A stretch of DNA of 64,000 bases. Origin: a virus. The translations under genes were made by a program, and so were the position numbers. Position 1 is the first letter of the stretch, and each line of letters starts with the position of its first letter. Positions 1 to 9,964 of the stretch are shown here, in pieces. Location of the stretch: the IMG/VR virus record IMGVR_UViG_3300021376_004065; one strand, 5' to 3'. The notes under the pieces are model-generated. The model saw only the letters and a list, made by a program, of their open reading frames with translations, was not told the origin of the DNA and did not search any database.

Positions 1-298
1 CCTCGTTTTTTCCTATTCTATTTTTCTTGTAGACAGCTTTATATTTACCTTCTGTTAGCTTAAAATGAGCTCTTGCCATTCCAGCAAATCTAGCTGCTCT
101 GCCGTAGGCGTTAGAGGTTTTGGCAACGAGGTTTGCCATATCCATGACGCCAAGATCTATATTGTCTACCTCTGGTATTTCCACAAAATACTTCTTATAA
201 TTTTCGCCTACGCCATAGGCATCTACTACCTCTTTTATCTGCGGGCCTAAAAAAGAAGTTAGAAGTTGATTTAATTTTAATAAATTTTCATTATCCAT
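1..298 (-). CDS. hypothetical protein, truncated at left window edge (MDNENLLKLNQLLTSFLGPQIKEVVDAYGVGENYKK...)
   Basis: Open minus-strand frame from ATG at 298 to window edge, translated by hand; no stop. Confidence 0.7.
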   Translation of the reverse strand, partial: MDNENLLKLNQLLTSFLGPQIKEVVDAYGVGENYKKYFVEIPEVDNIDLGVMDMANLVAKTSNAYGRAARFAGMARAHFKLTEGKYKAVYKKNRIGKNE

Positions 299-301
299 TT
301 A

Positions 302-1199
302 TTATTCGATTTCCTCTTTATCATCTTTGTCTTTTATGTACTGAAATAATTCCTCTAAGTTAGATTCTATAATAATATTTATTATTTTATCTTTTATATT
401 TTTTAAATGTTCTCTTACTGTGTTTGGATGTTCTGTAATTTTCTCCGCTATATGAGAAGATCTTTTATTGTCACCGTACCTCCATTTTAGCAGTTGTCTT
501 TCTTGAATGGTAAGTTGGTTGAAAGGTTCTGCGCATGTTTCTCCCATGACCCACATTTGATCTATGCTTTCTGCTAATAAAAATTGTTCAAAGTTTACCT
601 CAACTGGATCTGGCCTAAAGCCAATTTGCTTTTCTCCCTCTTCATCTTCTTCAAAGCTGTCATTTGTAATTAATGGAAAAGTTTTTCTACCTAATTGATT
701 TATTAAAAATGTATCAACATTCTTTTTTAGTAAATAAAAAAAATAACTATACAAAAAGGCACTAAAGGGTATTGGTCCCTTTTCTGAATCTTTCCTTTGA
801 TATCTATTAACGCACTGCAGGAAAGTTAGATCAACAGTCTGCCTAATATCCTCCTCTGTTCCGTATCTTTTAGTCATGTAATTAATTCCCCTCATAACAT
901 CATTAACTACAATTGTTGTTTTTTTATTTAATTTATTTCTATTTAGTGCCATCCTGGTATAATTATCTTTGACAAAAAGACCAATGAATCTTCTTATGTC
1001 GTAATCCTTAAGATTATATTTGCCGTTGATATAACATTGTTGCATACTTAGTTAGAAAATTATTAAAAACCTTAAGAAGTTCTGCTTGCGCATTTGTATT
1101 TCCCTTCTTCGCTTTTTCTATAAGCATTTGCATTTCGTTTTCTTCAAGCGAATAATATTGTTCTTTATATGAAGCCATTTGAATTACTTTCCTTCCCAT
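302..1199 (-). CDS. phage RNA polymerase sigma-70-like factor, assembled from two ORFs through a +1 shift at CGG (1023-1025)
   Basis: ORFs 1014..1199 and 302..1045 join as ...NNFLTKYATMLYQ-GKYNLKDYDIRRFIGLFVKD...; C-terminal region-4-like HTH (LTIQERQLLKWRYGDNKRSSHIAEKI). Length 898 = 3n+1. Confidence 0.85.
1022..1025 (-). other. +1 recoding site CAA C GGC
   Basis: In-frame CGG; joins YQ-GKYNL. Confidence 0.9.
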
Positions 1200-1742
1200 T
1201 TATATAGCGTATCAGCGTAAAAAGATCTTATGTCTTCGTAAAAAATTACGTTAGGAACTTCAAGATCTTGAACAAACTTTTTTGCATCGGAAGAGTACTT
1301 ACTTATTATCATTGTAAGTTTGGCAAATTCTTCTGGGTAATATTTTTTAAATCTTTTTATTTTTATTTTACTTTTTACATCTAAATACCCTTTTATCTCA
1401 ATCCAATCTTCTGTTTTGTTAAAATAAAAATCTGGAGTATATCCCTTTGTGCCTCTTTTAATTGGAAATGTAAATACTCTTGGCTCAAATTCAAATTCAA
1501 TTTCATATACGCTACATACTCTGGCAAAGTTAGCTTCCCAGTTAGATCTTAAATTCAAACCTAGATCCTGCCTAAAGCCAGTCTTAGTGTACCTGTATAC
1601 GTTGCCCTTGCCACCGTTTTTCTGAAACTTTTTCTTCTTTAAATTTTTTATTTATTTTTTTTGTTAAGTTAAATTTCGGATGTTTACTTCTAAATGATTT
1701 TTCCAAAAAAAACTCTTCTGGTTTGACATGTACTCTGTTCAT
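1184..1742 (-). CDS. PD-(D/E)XK endonuclease-like protein (GYTPDFYF...DWIEIKGY), one +1 shift at CGG
   Basis: ATG at 1742; MNRVHVKPEEFFLEK...EEKVSEK-GGKGNVYRYTKTGFRQDLGLNLRSNWEANFARV...; length 559 = 3n+1. Confidence 0.75.
1613..1616 (-). other. +1 recoding site AAA C GGT
   Basis: In-frame CGG; joins SEK-GGKGN. Confidence 0.85.
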
Positions 1743-1801
1743 GGTGTATCCTTATCTCATGCTAGTTGAGGGGTCACATTTAGACCATTCAACTGGTATA
1801 T

Positions 1802-1831
1802 ATTATATCATTACATTTAACAATAATTCAA
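1802..1831 (-). promoter_or_regulatory. candidate sigma-A-like promoter for the leftward 1742 gene (TTGAAT - 18 nt - TATAAT)
   Basis: Minus strand: TTGAAT (1831-1826), 18-nt spacer, TATAAT (1807-1802), in the divergent intergenic region. Confidence 0.5.
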
Positions 1832-1853
1832 ATTAACCACAAAGGAAAGTAAA

Positions 1854-2027
1854 ATGACCACATTAAACACACTAGTTAACAATTTCATTGTTGACATGCA
1901 AAGCCAGTCTGTAAAGACTCTTGAGTCAGTTGGGTATACAACTGAGGAGGCAATCAAGGTTGTTATTGAGAGCGACCGTCACATTGACCTCGTCCAGGAT
2001 TCGAACAGTTTCCCAGTTAACAGCTAA
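1854..2027 (+). CDS. small hypothetical protein, 57 aa (MTTLNTLVNNFIVDMQSQSVKTLESVGYTTEEAIKVVIESDRHIDLVQDSNSFPVNS), apparently the only plus-strand gene
   Basis: ATG with AAAGGAAAG ribosome-binding site 5', TAA stop, followed by an intrinsic terminator. Confidence 0.65.
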   Translation: MTTLNTLVNNFIVDMQSQSVKTLESVGYTTEEAIKVVIESDRHIDLVQDSNSFPVNS

Positions 2028-2038
2028 TTAATCTTTAG

Positions 2039-2851
2039 TCAGAGGGAGCCAGGGCGAAAGCTCTGGCTCTTTTTGTTTCTCGTAACACCAACAGCGCAAA
2101 CTTTTGACTTGGCGTGATCGCAAAACGAACAGACTTTTTCATTCTTTGTAGGCAGAAAGTTATTATCGTTTATAATTGAATTGCCGATAATTTAAAATAT
2201 TAACTTTTACATTTTCAATATCATCTACCGTAAAAGTATGGCCTTTCCTTTTGCCAGACCTCAGATAATATAGCTCTGCGTATATTTCTTTACCCGGAAA
2301 TATTATGCTTGCGGCGAGCGCGTATATGCCCAACTGTAAATTATTTTTAATAGAATTTTGAGCCACTTCCCATTTACCGAGTTTTGTAATCTATTATTTC
2401 AATTCTATTTTCGTACTCATCGATTCTATCTATGTATCCGTTAACATAAAATGATCCTATAACAAATGCAAAATAGATTTCTTTGCCTTTAATGTTAAAT
2501 GATTCGTTTAAATGCCTGTCGTAAAACTCTTCCAAGATATTGTTTCCAGCTAAAACTAAATCATTGTTAATTAAATTATCGGGATCGTAGTCTTTTTTAG
2601 CGCTTATATAATCTTCTTTTAGGGAATCTATATTTAGATTAATATCTTTATTTACATTTTTTTCTAGAACAGAATGAACAATGTTCCCGAAGAGTGGCCG
2701 AATCATTAAACTGCCTTGGTTCTTTTTTGATATAAGAATAAAAATACTTAGACGGACACATTTTGTATGTGTCTATTCTAGAATATGATAATTCTGTTAA
2801 GTATAATTTTTCTAGATTTGAAATTTGTTCGACGTTTTTTATTTGTATCAT
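2039..2851 (-). CDS. Cas4/RecB-like PD-(D/E)XK nuclease with putative 4Fe-4S cysteines, requiring three +1 shifts at CGG
   Basis: ORFs 2648..2851, 2374..2706, 2163..2366 and a further segment to 2039 join as ...TYKMCPSKYFYSYIKKEPRQFNDSATL-GNIVHSVLE...IEIIDYKT-GKWEVAQNSIKNNLQLGIYALAA...ILNY-GNSIINDNNFLPTKNEKVCSFCDHAKSKVC...; length 813 = 3n + 3 skipped nt. Confidence 0.85.
2044..2074 (+). terminator. intrinsic terminator of the plus-strand small gene
   Basis: GAGCCAG-GGCGAAAGCT-CTGGCTC hairpin followed by TTTTT. Confidence 0.75.
2183..2186 (-). other. +1 recoding site TAT C GGC
   Basis: In-frame CGG; joins LNY-GNSII, needed for CSFCDHAKSKVC. Confidence 0.9.
2376..2379 (-). other. +1 recoding site ACT C GGT
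   Basis: In-frame CGG; joins DYKT-GKWEVA. Confidence 0.95.
2686..2689 (-). other. +1 recoding site CTT C GGG
   Basis: In-frame CGG; joins SATL-GNIVHSVLE. Confidence 0.95.
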
Positions 2852-2852
2852 T

Positions 2853-3014
2853 TTATTCGTTGGATGGATCGTATACTAAATTGCCATTTGCGTCGTACTC
2901 TTTGCCATCCTCGTCTATCATATGTTCATTGAATAAATTTCTATACCCACCGTTCTTAAGCGGGACCCAACCATTATTTCCGTATTCCATGTGATCAAAA
3001 TTAATATTGGACAT
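2853..3014 (-). CDS. small hypothetical protein, 53 aa (MSNINFDHMEYGNNGWVPLKNGGYRN...)
   Basis: ATG-to-TAA minus-strand frame overlapping the neighbouring gene ends. Confidence 0.6.
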   Translation of the reverse strand: MSNINFDHMEYGNNGWVPLKNGGYRNLFNEHMIDEDGKEYDANGNLVYDPSNE

Positions 3015-3237
3015 CGTTTTCCCCTATATTGTCTACCGAAAGAACTATATCGTTCATTAAGTCTATGTTTAAATAGTAACCCAGCACTGCATATAACGCT
3101 TTTATTTCTTGTTGATTAAGGTAAAATCCAGTTACCCCACATTGGACAAAGCATGTGTTGTTATCTTCGTCAATATTTTCGTATTCTATTAACGTAATAT
3201 TGTCTAATAATATTCTTCCGTTTTGTTTTTTCATCAT
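3001..3237 (-). CDS. hypothetical protein
   Basis: Intact ORF; ATGA overlap with 3234..3626. Confidence 0.65.
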   Translation of the reverse strand: MMKKQNGRILLDNITLIEYENIDEDNNTCFVQCGVTGFYLNQQEIKALYAVLGYYLNIDLMNDIVLSVDNIGENDVQY

Positions 3238-3626
3238 CTTCCCATTCCTTGTATTGGCTTATCTTCATTTATTATTGTTATTGGATTCCAATTTGGATCG
3301 TTCATTTTTTCTCTCATGTCCTTAAGGTAGGAATCCCAGTCTCTTTCGTCTTGAGATTTTTTTTCGTACATTACCGAACCAGCATATGGATTTGACTTAA
3401 ATCTAGTAATAACAACTTTTCCATCTCTAGTTTTCCATCTTAAAATTCCATTTCTACAGTCACAATAGTCATCCTGATGTGCGTCTACAGTGCCATTTGG
3501 ATCGTATCTGCCACTGCATGTTATGCACTTGCTATATCGTCCCTTGTTTTCACATCTACCGCACGAATAGCAGTACTTCCAACACTCTTTTGTAGAAGGG
3601 TTTTGATAACTTCCTTTTGCTGCCAT
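3234..3626 (-). CDS. cysteine-rich zinc-ribbon-like protein
   Basis: CxxC-type motifs CYSCGRCENKGRYSKCITCSGRY...CDCRNG. Confidence 0.65.
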   Translation of the reverse strand: MAAKGSYQNPSTKECWKYCYSCGRCENKGRYSKCITCSGRYDPNGTVDAHQDDYCDCRNGILRWKTRDGKVVITRFKSNPYAGSVMYEKKSQDERDWDSYLKDMREKMNDPNWNPITIINEDKPIQGMGR

Positions 3627-6600
3627 TATTGATCGTCCTCTAGTACTTGCTCTATTAATTTTTCTGCATTTTTGTTTGTAGTTTTATTAAACTTATAAAC
3701 AAATGTTCCAATTTTTGAATTGATTTTTATATGCACTTGTCTATTGCCGTTATTATTTAATATTATATCATATATCTTTTTTAATTGTATACTATTAATT
3801 TTTTCATAATTTAAACTAATAACTTTACCACTGTATAGGGTGGCATGATCTATTTTTGTTAAATCAGAAAGAAAAATTCTATTTGTTGAGTTCTCATCTT
3901 CTGTTTCCCTACTTAAAGATCCCGAAACATAAACTATTTCTCCTGTTTTAAAAAAATCATCATTATAGTTTTTAGCATCTTTGGGAAAGACTACAACTTC
4001 TATTTCGCCAGTGGGATCTTCTAAGTTAAATTTAAACATTCTAGAACCTTTTTTGGTAATAATTTTTTTAGAAGAAGTTATAATCCCACCTATCTTTATG
4101 TAGGATCCGTTTGGGATTTCTGATATATTAACTATGTCAGAATCTACATTAACTTTCATGACATCCCATGTTCCCTCAAGTGGATGTTTTGTAACATAAA
4201 TTCCAAGTTCTTCTTTTTCTTTTTCTAAAACAGAAAGCTCTTGAGATCTATTTATGTCGTCATCATCTTCGTCAATTATTAGTTCATCAAATGCGCCAGC
4301 TCCGACCAAATGTTCTAATGTAGATTTCTTTAAAACAGAAGAATCACATCTTCTGTAAAAATCAAATATAGATTTATAAGGATTGTTTACATCCCTACTT
4401 TTACAAATGGCTTCTGCAATTGCAACACCTATTCCGTTAATGGAGCCTAGTCCAAAAAGTATTTCATTTTTTTCCTTGACCTCAAAATCTATTTCAGAAT
4501 AGTTAATAGAAGGAGGTAGTACATTAATTCCCAATTTTCTGCAGTCGTTTAAATATAAGAATAACTTATCTTTGTTTCCGGCAACAGAGGTTAAAAGAGC
4601 TGCCATATATTCAGCTGTAAAATTATTTTTTAAATACGCTGTTATATAAGAGATCATAGCATAACTTGCTGCGTGCGCTCTATTAAAGCCATACCCACCA
4701 AAGTATTCTATATCAGAAAATATTTTATTTGCCACAGCCTTTGAAACACCTGAAACCTCCGCGCATCCAGTTACAAATTTTTGTCTTATTTTTGGAATTT
4801 TATTCATTTGTTTTTTGCCAATAATTTTTCTAAGATCATCTGCTTCTCCCGAAGTAAATCCAGCTAAATTTTTAGCTACAGCTAAAACATCTTCCTGATA
4901 TAACATTACGCCAAGAGATGATTCTAGAGATTCCTTTAGTTTTGGGTGTTGATAGTCTATTTTTGATCTACCATGTTTTCTATCTATATAAAGCTTATCC
5001 ATTCCAGAGCCCATAGGGCCAGGTCTGTGAAGCGATATCAGCGCCATTATGTCCTCAATACTTTTAGGCTGAAGCTGAATCATCATTTCTCTCATGCTGT
5101 TTGATTCAAGCTGAAATACCCCCATGCACCCGCCCTTGCATAGTTCTTCGTACGTTTTTTGATCATCTAATGGAATTTTATTTACATCTATATCTATACC
5201 ATAGTTCTTTTTTACGGTCTTAATACACTGATCTATAACTCCAAGATTTCTTAAGCCTAAAAAGTCTATTTTTAGAAGACCGCATTGCTCAACCCTACTC
5301 ATATCCCACTGGGTTACAATTGGCTTATCTACACCCTTTTGCATTATAGGCAAATAGTCCATTAGCGGATTGCGCGATATGACAACTCCAGCCGCGTGTA
5401 TGCCGGTCTGTCTTACTAGATTTTCCAATCCAAATGCCGCATCAATGATTTCTTTTGCTTGTGAGTCTTTTGCATAAGTGGAAGAAAACTCTTGCACTTC
5501 CATACATTCGCTTAAGTTTTTTGAGATACCTAACACTGGTGGCGGAATAAGCTTAGCCACTTTATCGCCAGTAGAAAAATCGTAACCAAGAGCCCTAGCA
5601 GCGTCCCTAATGGATTGTCTAGCGCCAGTTCTATTGAACGTGCAGATGTGCGCTACTCGATCACTGCCATATTTAGATCTGGCATATTCAATAACTCTAT
5701 CTCTGTGCCTATCGTCGAAGTCAAGATCGATATCTGGCATTGACTTTCTTCCTTCAACTAAAAATCTTTCAAACAAAAGACCAAATCTAATTGGATCTAA
5801 ATTTGTGATATCAAAAGCATAAGACAACACACTTCCGGCAGCAGATCCTCTACCCCATCCAACTCTTATATTATTTGACTTAGCCCATCTAACAAGATCG
5901 GACACAACTAGAAAGTATTCGGGAAATCCCATATCTTTTACGACTTTTATTTCATAATTTGCTCGATTAATAATTGATTCAGGTAATTCATTACCGTATC
6001 GATTGCGCAATCCCTCCCAAGCTAATCGCTCAAAATATTGAGTTGATGTTTCATTTGTTGGAATGGGAAAGTTTGGAAAATAAATTTCTCCAAAGTTTAA
6101 ATTTACATCAACCATATCGCAAACTGACATGGTATTTTTTAGCCAGTCGGAATTGAATAGCATTTCCATATCTTGATAAGACTTCAAATAAAAATTATCT
6201 CCAGAAAAAGAAAATCTATCTGGAGTATGTATGTTAGAGTTGGTAGCCACACATAACATAATGTCGTGCGCCCTAGCGTCCTGCTGGTGCACATAGTGGC
6301 AATCGTTGGTCGGTACAACTTTAGCCCCAATTGTTTTTGCTATATCTAAAAGTTTATTTGAGACTTTTCTCTGTTCTGTTATGCCATGATCTTGTATTTC
6401 TATGAAATAATTTTCTTTACCAACAATGCTCTGCATCTTGTATGCTGCTTCTAGGGCATAATCGTAATCATTTCTCAAAAGGGCTTGACAGACTTCACTG
6501 TTTAAACAGCCAGACAAAACAATAATCCCTTCGGAGTATTGAGAAATCAAATCGTGATCTAATCTAGGCTTTACGTAGTATCCTTCTAAAAAAGATTTAG

Positions 6601-6950
6601 AAGACATTTTAATTATATTGTGATAGCCAACATTATTTTTTGCCAATATCGTTATATGATAAGGACCTCTTTGCTCCCACTCGTTTTTGGATGGGCCAGA
6701 TCTTTCTTCTTCGTCTCTGTCAAATCTAGTTTTTCTAGCCTGATAAAACTCGCTTCCGAAGAATGGGCTTAACACCTACGGCGGTAGCAGCGTCGTAGAA
6801 ATCTAGCCAAGAATGTATGTTGCCGTGATCCGTCGTAGCTAGGCCGGACATGCCAAGCGACTTAGCTCTATCAAGATATTTTTCTATATCACCATGCCCG
6901 TCTAGCATTGAAAAGACTGTATGATTATGTAGATTGGTCCAATTTTTCAT
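3626..6950 (-). CDS. dnaE: DNA polymerase III alpha subunit (DnaE-type, with PHP domain), one +1 shift at CGG
   Basis: 6735..6950 supplies the PHP start (LHNHTVFSMLDGHGDIEKYLDRAKSLGMSGLATTDHGN), 3626..6775 the rest; junction ...AVGVKPIL-GSEFYQARKTRF.... Core motifs PDIDLDFDDRHRD, QTGIHAAG. Confidence 0.95.
6755..6758 (-). other. +1 recoding site CTT C GGA
   Basis: In-frame CGG; joins VKPIL-GSEFY (DnaE). Confidence 0.95.
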
Positions 6951-7144
6951 CGAATCCCTCTTTGTCTTTTGATGTCATCTAACACCTTCTGCTTATCTTT
7001 TCTATAGCAAACGATTACAACTCCAGCACAGTACTTGCACACCGGAGGCTTTCCAGCTTGGGCAAACGGACTAGAAAACATTGACCTATCAGATTGATCA
7101 GTACCGCAATCGGAACAGAGGCCAATAACATCACTGTCTGACAT
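6947..7144 (-). CDS. small zinc-ribbon protein
   Basis: CSDCGTDQSD...CKYCAGVVIVC; intact ORF. Confidence 0.6.
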   Translation of the reverse strand: MSDSDVIGLCSDCGTDQSDRSMFSSPFAQAGKPPVCKYCAGVVIVCYRKDKQKVLDDIKRQRGIR

Positions 7145-8334
7145 TTTGATCCTTTATGGTTTTATAGGCAAATCTAACTGGAGACGGTGAAGATTTTTCG
7201 TTTGTTTCAATATACTTGTCTCCTATTTTTATCCATTTTCTTTTATGATCTAGATTACAAGAGCCGCAACCAACGCCAACAGAATTTGCCCTATCGCAAG
7301 TATAGGGCCTACCACCTATGCCTATTTCTCTTCTTCTTATCCAGTCCTGGATATGCGAGTTAGATTTTTCTACATTGTAATCGCTACACAGGCTGAGTAT
7401 TTGATGCAGGAACTGAATGGCGTCTTCGCTGTAGGTCAATATTGAACATAAGAATAATCTAGACTCATGATCTATGTCTTTATTATTTTTTGCCTCATCA
7501 ATAATTCTTTTAATTGCCGGACACTTTTCTAAAAGAACTTTAGGCGTAAATTGCTTTTCCCTAAAATCAACCTTTCTTAAAGATTTGGTTCCATGCTTAT
7601 TAAAATAGGAAACATAGTCTTTACTTCTTTCCTTTTCTGATTCCATTTCGTAAGAAATATCTCTATACCACTTATTTGCTTTATAGGAAAATTGAACATC
7701 ATCATATGAATTGTCTCTATAAGTTTTAGATATCTGGGTAATTAATTCTATGCTTGAATTAAGTTCTTCTTCTGATAAAAGAGTTTTATATAATTTTGTA
7801 TCTTGATGTTGAGTGCCTGGCAATCTCCACATTCTTCTAAGATCATACACACTTAAATCTAAACTGAAAATATTTAATTTTGTTTTCAAGTGATTGGCTA
7901 TATATCTAAAAAGTACTGGCAATTCGTTTGACGGGGAAATTCCAACACATGTTGCCTCACACTCAATGTGAAAGCCTTTTTTTCCGGTAAAGTATGCTTT
8001 TATTCCGATCAATTGGAATGAATTGTTTTAAATATTCATATAATTTTTTTGTATCTCTGTATGATTCTTCTATATTTTTACTATCTAAATCAAAATATAG
8101 ATTAGAATATCTGGTGCAGGAAGATATGTCTTTTGAATCATAAAGCCAAACAGAAGTATAAATTCCTATATTGTTATGTTTTTTGGCATAGTTTGCCACC
8201 TCGAAGTAGTCGATGATTAAAGGATTGTCTTTTTCTTTTTCTCTTATAACCCTAGATAAAGACGAGACGTACCTAGCTACCTCCACGTATTTCCAATCGC
8301 TTAAGAATTTTCCAACTTCTTTAACCGGTCTCAT
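7131..8334 (-). CDS. archaeo-eukaryotic-type (PriS-like) DNA primase catalytic protein, one +1 shift at CGG
   Basis: YSNLYFDLDSKN ... QFIPID-GIKAYFTGKKGFHIECEA ... LDLSVYDLRRMWRLPGTQHQDTKLYK; length 1204 = 3n+1. Confidence 0.8.
8004..8007 (-). other. +1 recoding site GAT C GGA
   Basis: In-frame CGG; joins IPID-GIKAYFTGKKGFH (primase). Confidence 0.95.
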
Positions 8335-8501
8335 TATATTTTTACCGAACTATGATCTTCTAGAATATTAATTAAAATTATTTTTTTATGTGTTTTTAAT
8401 TCCGACGAGTACGTTCTATAATAGACAGAGTCCTCAATAATCTTCTCTAATTGAGAGTTTAAATATACTCTTTTGTTTATTCTATTTAGAATTTTCTTCA
8501 T
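8334..8501 (-). CDS. small hypothetical protein, 55 aa (MKKILNRINKRVYLNSQLEKIIEDSVYYRTYSSEL...)
   Basis: ATG-to-TAATG frame coupled to the primase start. Confidence 0.6.
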   Translation of the reverse strand: MKKILNRINKRVYLNSQLEKIIEDSVYYRTYSSELKTHKKIILINILEDHSSVKI

Positions 8502-9174
8502 CTAAAAACCATCTTCTGCTTAAAGAACGTTCGCCGTCGGCTATAATGTGAATTTTCGATGCGATGTTGTCCGCCAAATGAACAATCATATCCAAGTATG
8601 TTATCGGCACTGTTTCTGGAACTGGAGACCACGGACCAAGATGGCATCTAATTAGCCTAAGCAAGGTTTGAACGTCTTCTTCGCTAACATATAATGTGTT
8701 TGAACCTATGTCACTAGCATTTTTTCTATCGTCATCTTGGCAGAATTTTACAAATTCACCGACAGTATATGGGTGCATAGAGTCGTATGAAAATGATCCA
8801 TCTTTCTCAATTTTGCCCTTTGTTATGTCATGCAGGAGCGCTGCTGCAATTACTATGTCGTTTTCTTCTGGTGATAAATTATGAGACTCACTCAAAATTC
8901 TAACCGCTCTTACGACTCTCTTGGTATGAAGGACATTGCCGCCTTTATTGTGTTCGTCCGGTGGATGATATTTGCCAGAAAAAGACGACGGAACATCCCA
9001 AAAAGATTTGCATCTAAAAAGAATAGATCTTACAAATGATTTTAAGCCGTCATCTTTTATAAAAGATATCTCCTGAAGCAGAGGAGAGAGCACTGAATTT
9101 TCCTCCTCTGAAACGTTTATCTTTTGCTTGTCCTGAAGAATGTCATCTAATATCGTTAGTTTTTTATTGGCCAT
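8482..9174 (-). CDS. HD-domain phosphohydrolase
   Basis: Intact ORF with H...AAALLHDITKG...H pattern. Confidence 0.7.
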   Translation of the reverse strand: MANKKLTILDDILQDKQKINVSEEENSVLSPLLQEISFIKDDGLKSFVRSILFRCKSFWDVPSSFSGKYHPPDEHNKGGNVLHTKRVVRAVRILSESHNLSPEENDIVIAAALLHDITKGKIEKDGSFSYDSMHPYTVGEFVKFCQDDDRKNASDIGSNTLYVSEEDVQTLLRLIRCHLGPWSPVPETVPITYLDMIVHLADNIASKIHIIADGERSLSRRWFLDEENSK

Positions 9175-9964
9175 GTTGTATTCCTTCCTTTATTGACCAG
9201 TTTGAACAAGGCTTATCAAATGGACAGCGCTTACAGTAATAGGTAAGTCCTCGTCTTGGTACGAAAATTTTTTTGTCTTCCATTTCTGATATCCAGTATT
9301 TTAAAGTTTGAATGTCTTCTTGATATATACTATATGGCTTTATTTCATGATTGTCAGCCATGATATCATAATATCCAAAGACAGTATTACTTAGAATGGG
9401 ACCATTCATAAATTCATACGCATAATTGATTGCAGAAAAATCTAAATTATACAAATAATTGTGAGAATCTTTATAATTAAAGACCCATTTAATTACATAT
9501 ATTTTATTTTTTTTACGAAAAATTAAATCAAATACATCTGTTAGCAAGGAGTTTACAATTGGGACCTCATAATCTTCAGCGATTCCAATTGGACTAATTG
9601 ATTTATCACGAAAGTAGTTACAAAAAGAAGTAAAAATACTATCTGCTTTAGTAGTAAGACTTGCCATATTTCCATATGCGCTTTCGTGTCTTTCGTTTAT
9701 TATATCTTGCATTGAAGTATTTTTTGGAAACCATAGCTTTTGCCATCTATTTCTCAGGGCGTCATGAGAAGGGGGCTTGCCATCCATCTTCTTATATAAA
9801 TAAAAGTTTAAAACAGTTTTAATCGTATTTTCAAATTTTTCAGTTAAAATATTTCTACTGACTATGGTTTCTGGTAACTTTCTTTTATGTCTGTAGTCAT
9901 ATAAAAGTTCACAAGTTTGATAATCTTTAATTTGTTTACAAGTTATATTTAATATTGATTTCAT
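9164..9964 (-). CDS. Cas4/RecB-nuclease-like protein, possibly catalytically degenerate
   Basis: N-terminal Cys region (CKQIKDYQTCELLYDYR) and C-terminal CKRCPFDKPC; expected DYKT-type motif appears as YVIKWVFNYKD. Confidence 0.55.
   Translation of the reverse strand: MKSILNITCKQIKDYQTCELLYDYRHKRKLPETIVSRNILTEKFENTIKTVLNFYLYKKMDGKPPSHDALRNRWQKLWFPKNTSMQDIINERHESAYGNMASLTTKADSIFTSFCNYFRDKSISPIGIAEDYEVPIVNSLLTDVFDLIFRKKNKIYVIKWVFNYKDSHNYLYNLDFSAINYAYEFMNGPILSNTVFGYYDIMADNHEIKPYSIYQEDIQTLKYWISEMEDKKIFVPRRGLTYYCKRCPFDKPCSNWSIKEGIQHGQ

Noticed and set aside
65-250. Plus-strand ORFs in the track (65-250, 2785-2994, 5610-5822, 5974-6156, 8696-8884, 10317-10568, 12244-12426, 19666-19875, 29859-30077 and many in 30-64 kb)
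   Set aside because: They are antisense to well supported minus-strand genes, low-complexity, without recognisable domains; most likely spurious.
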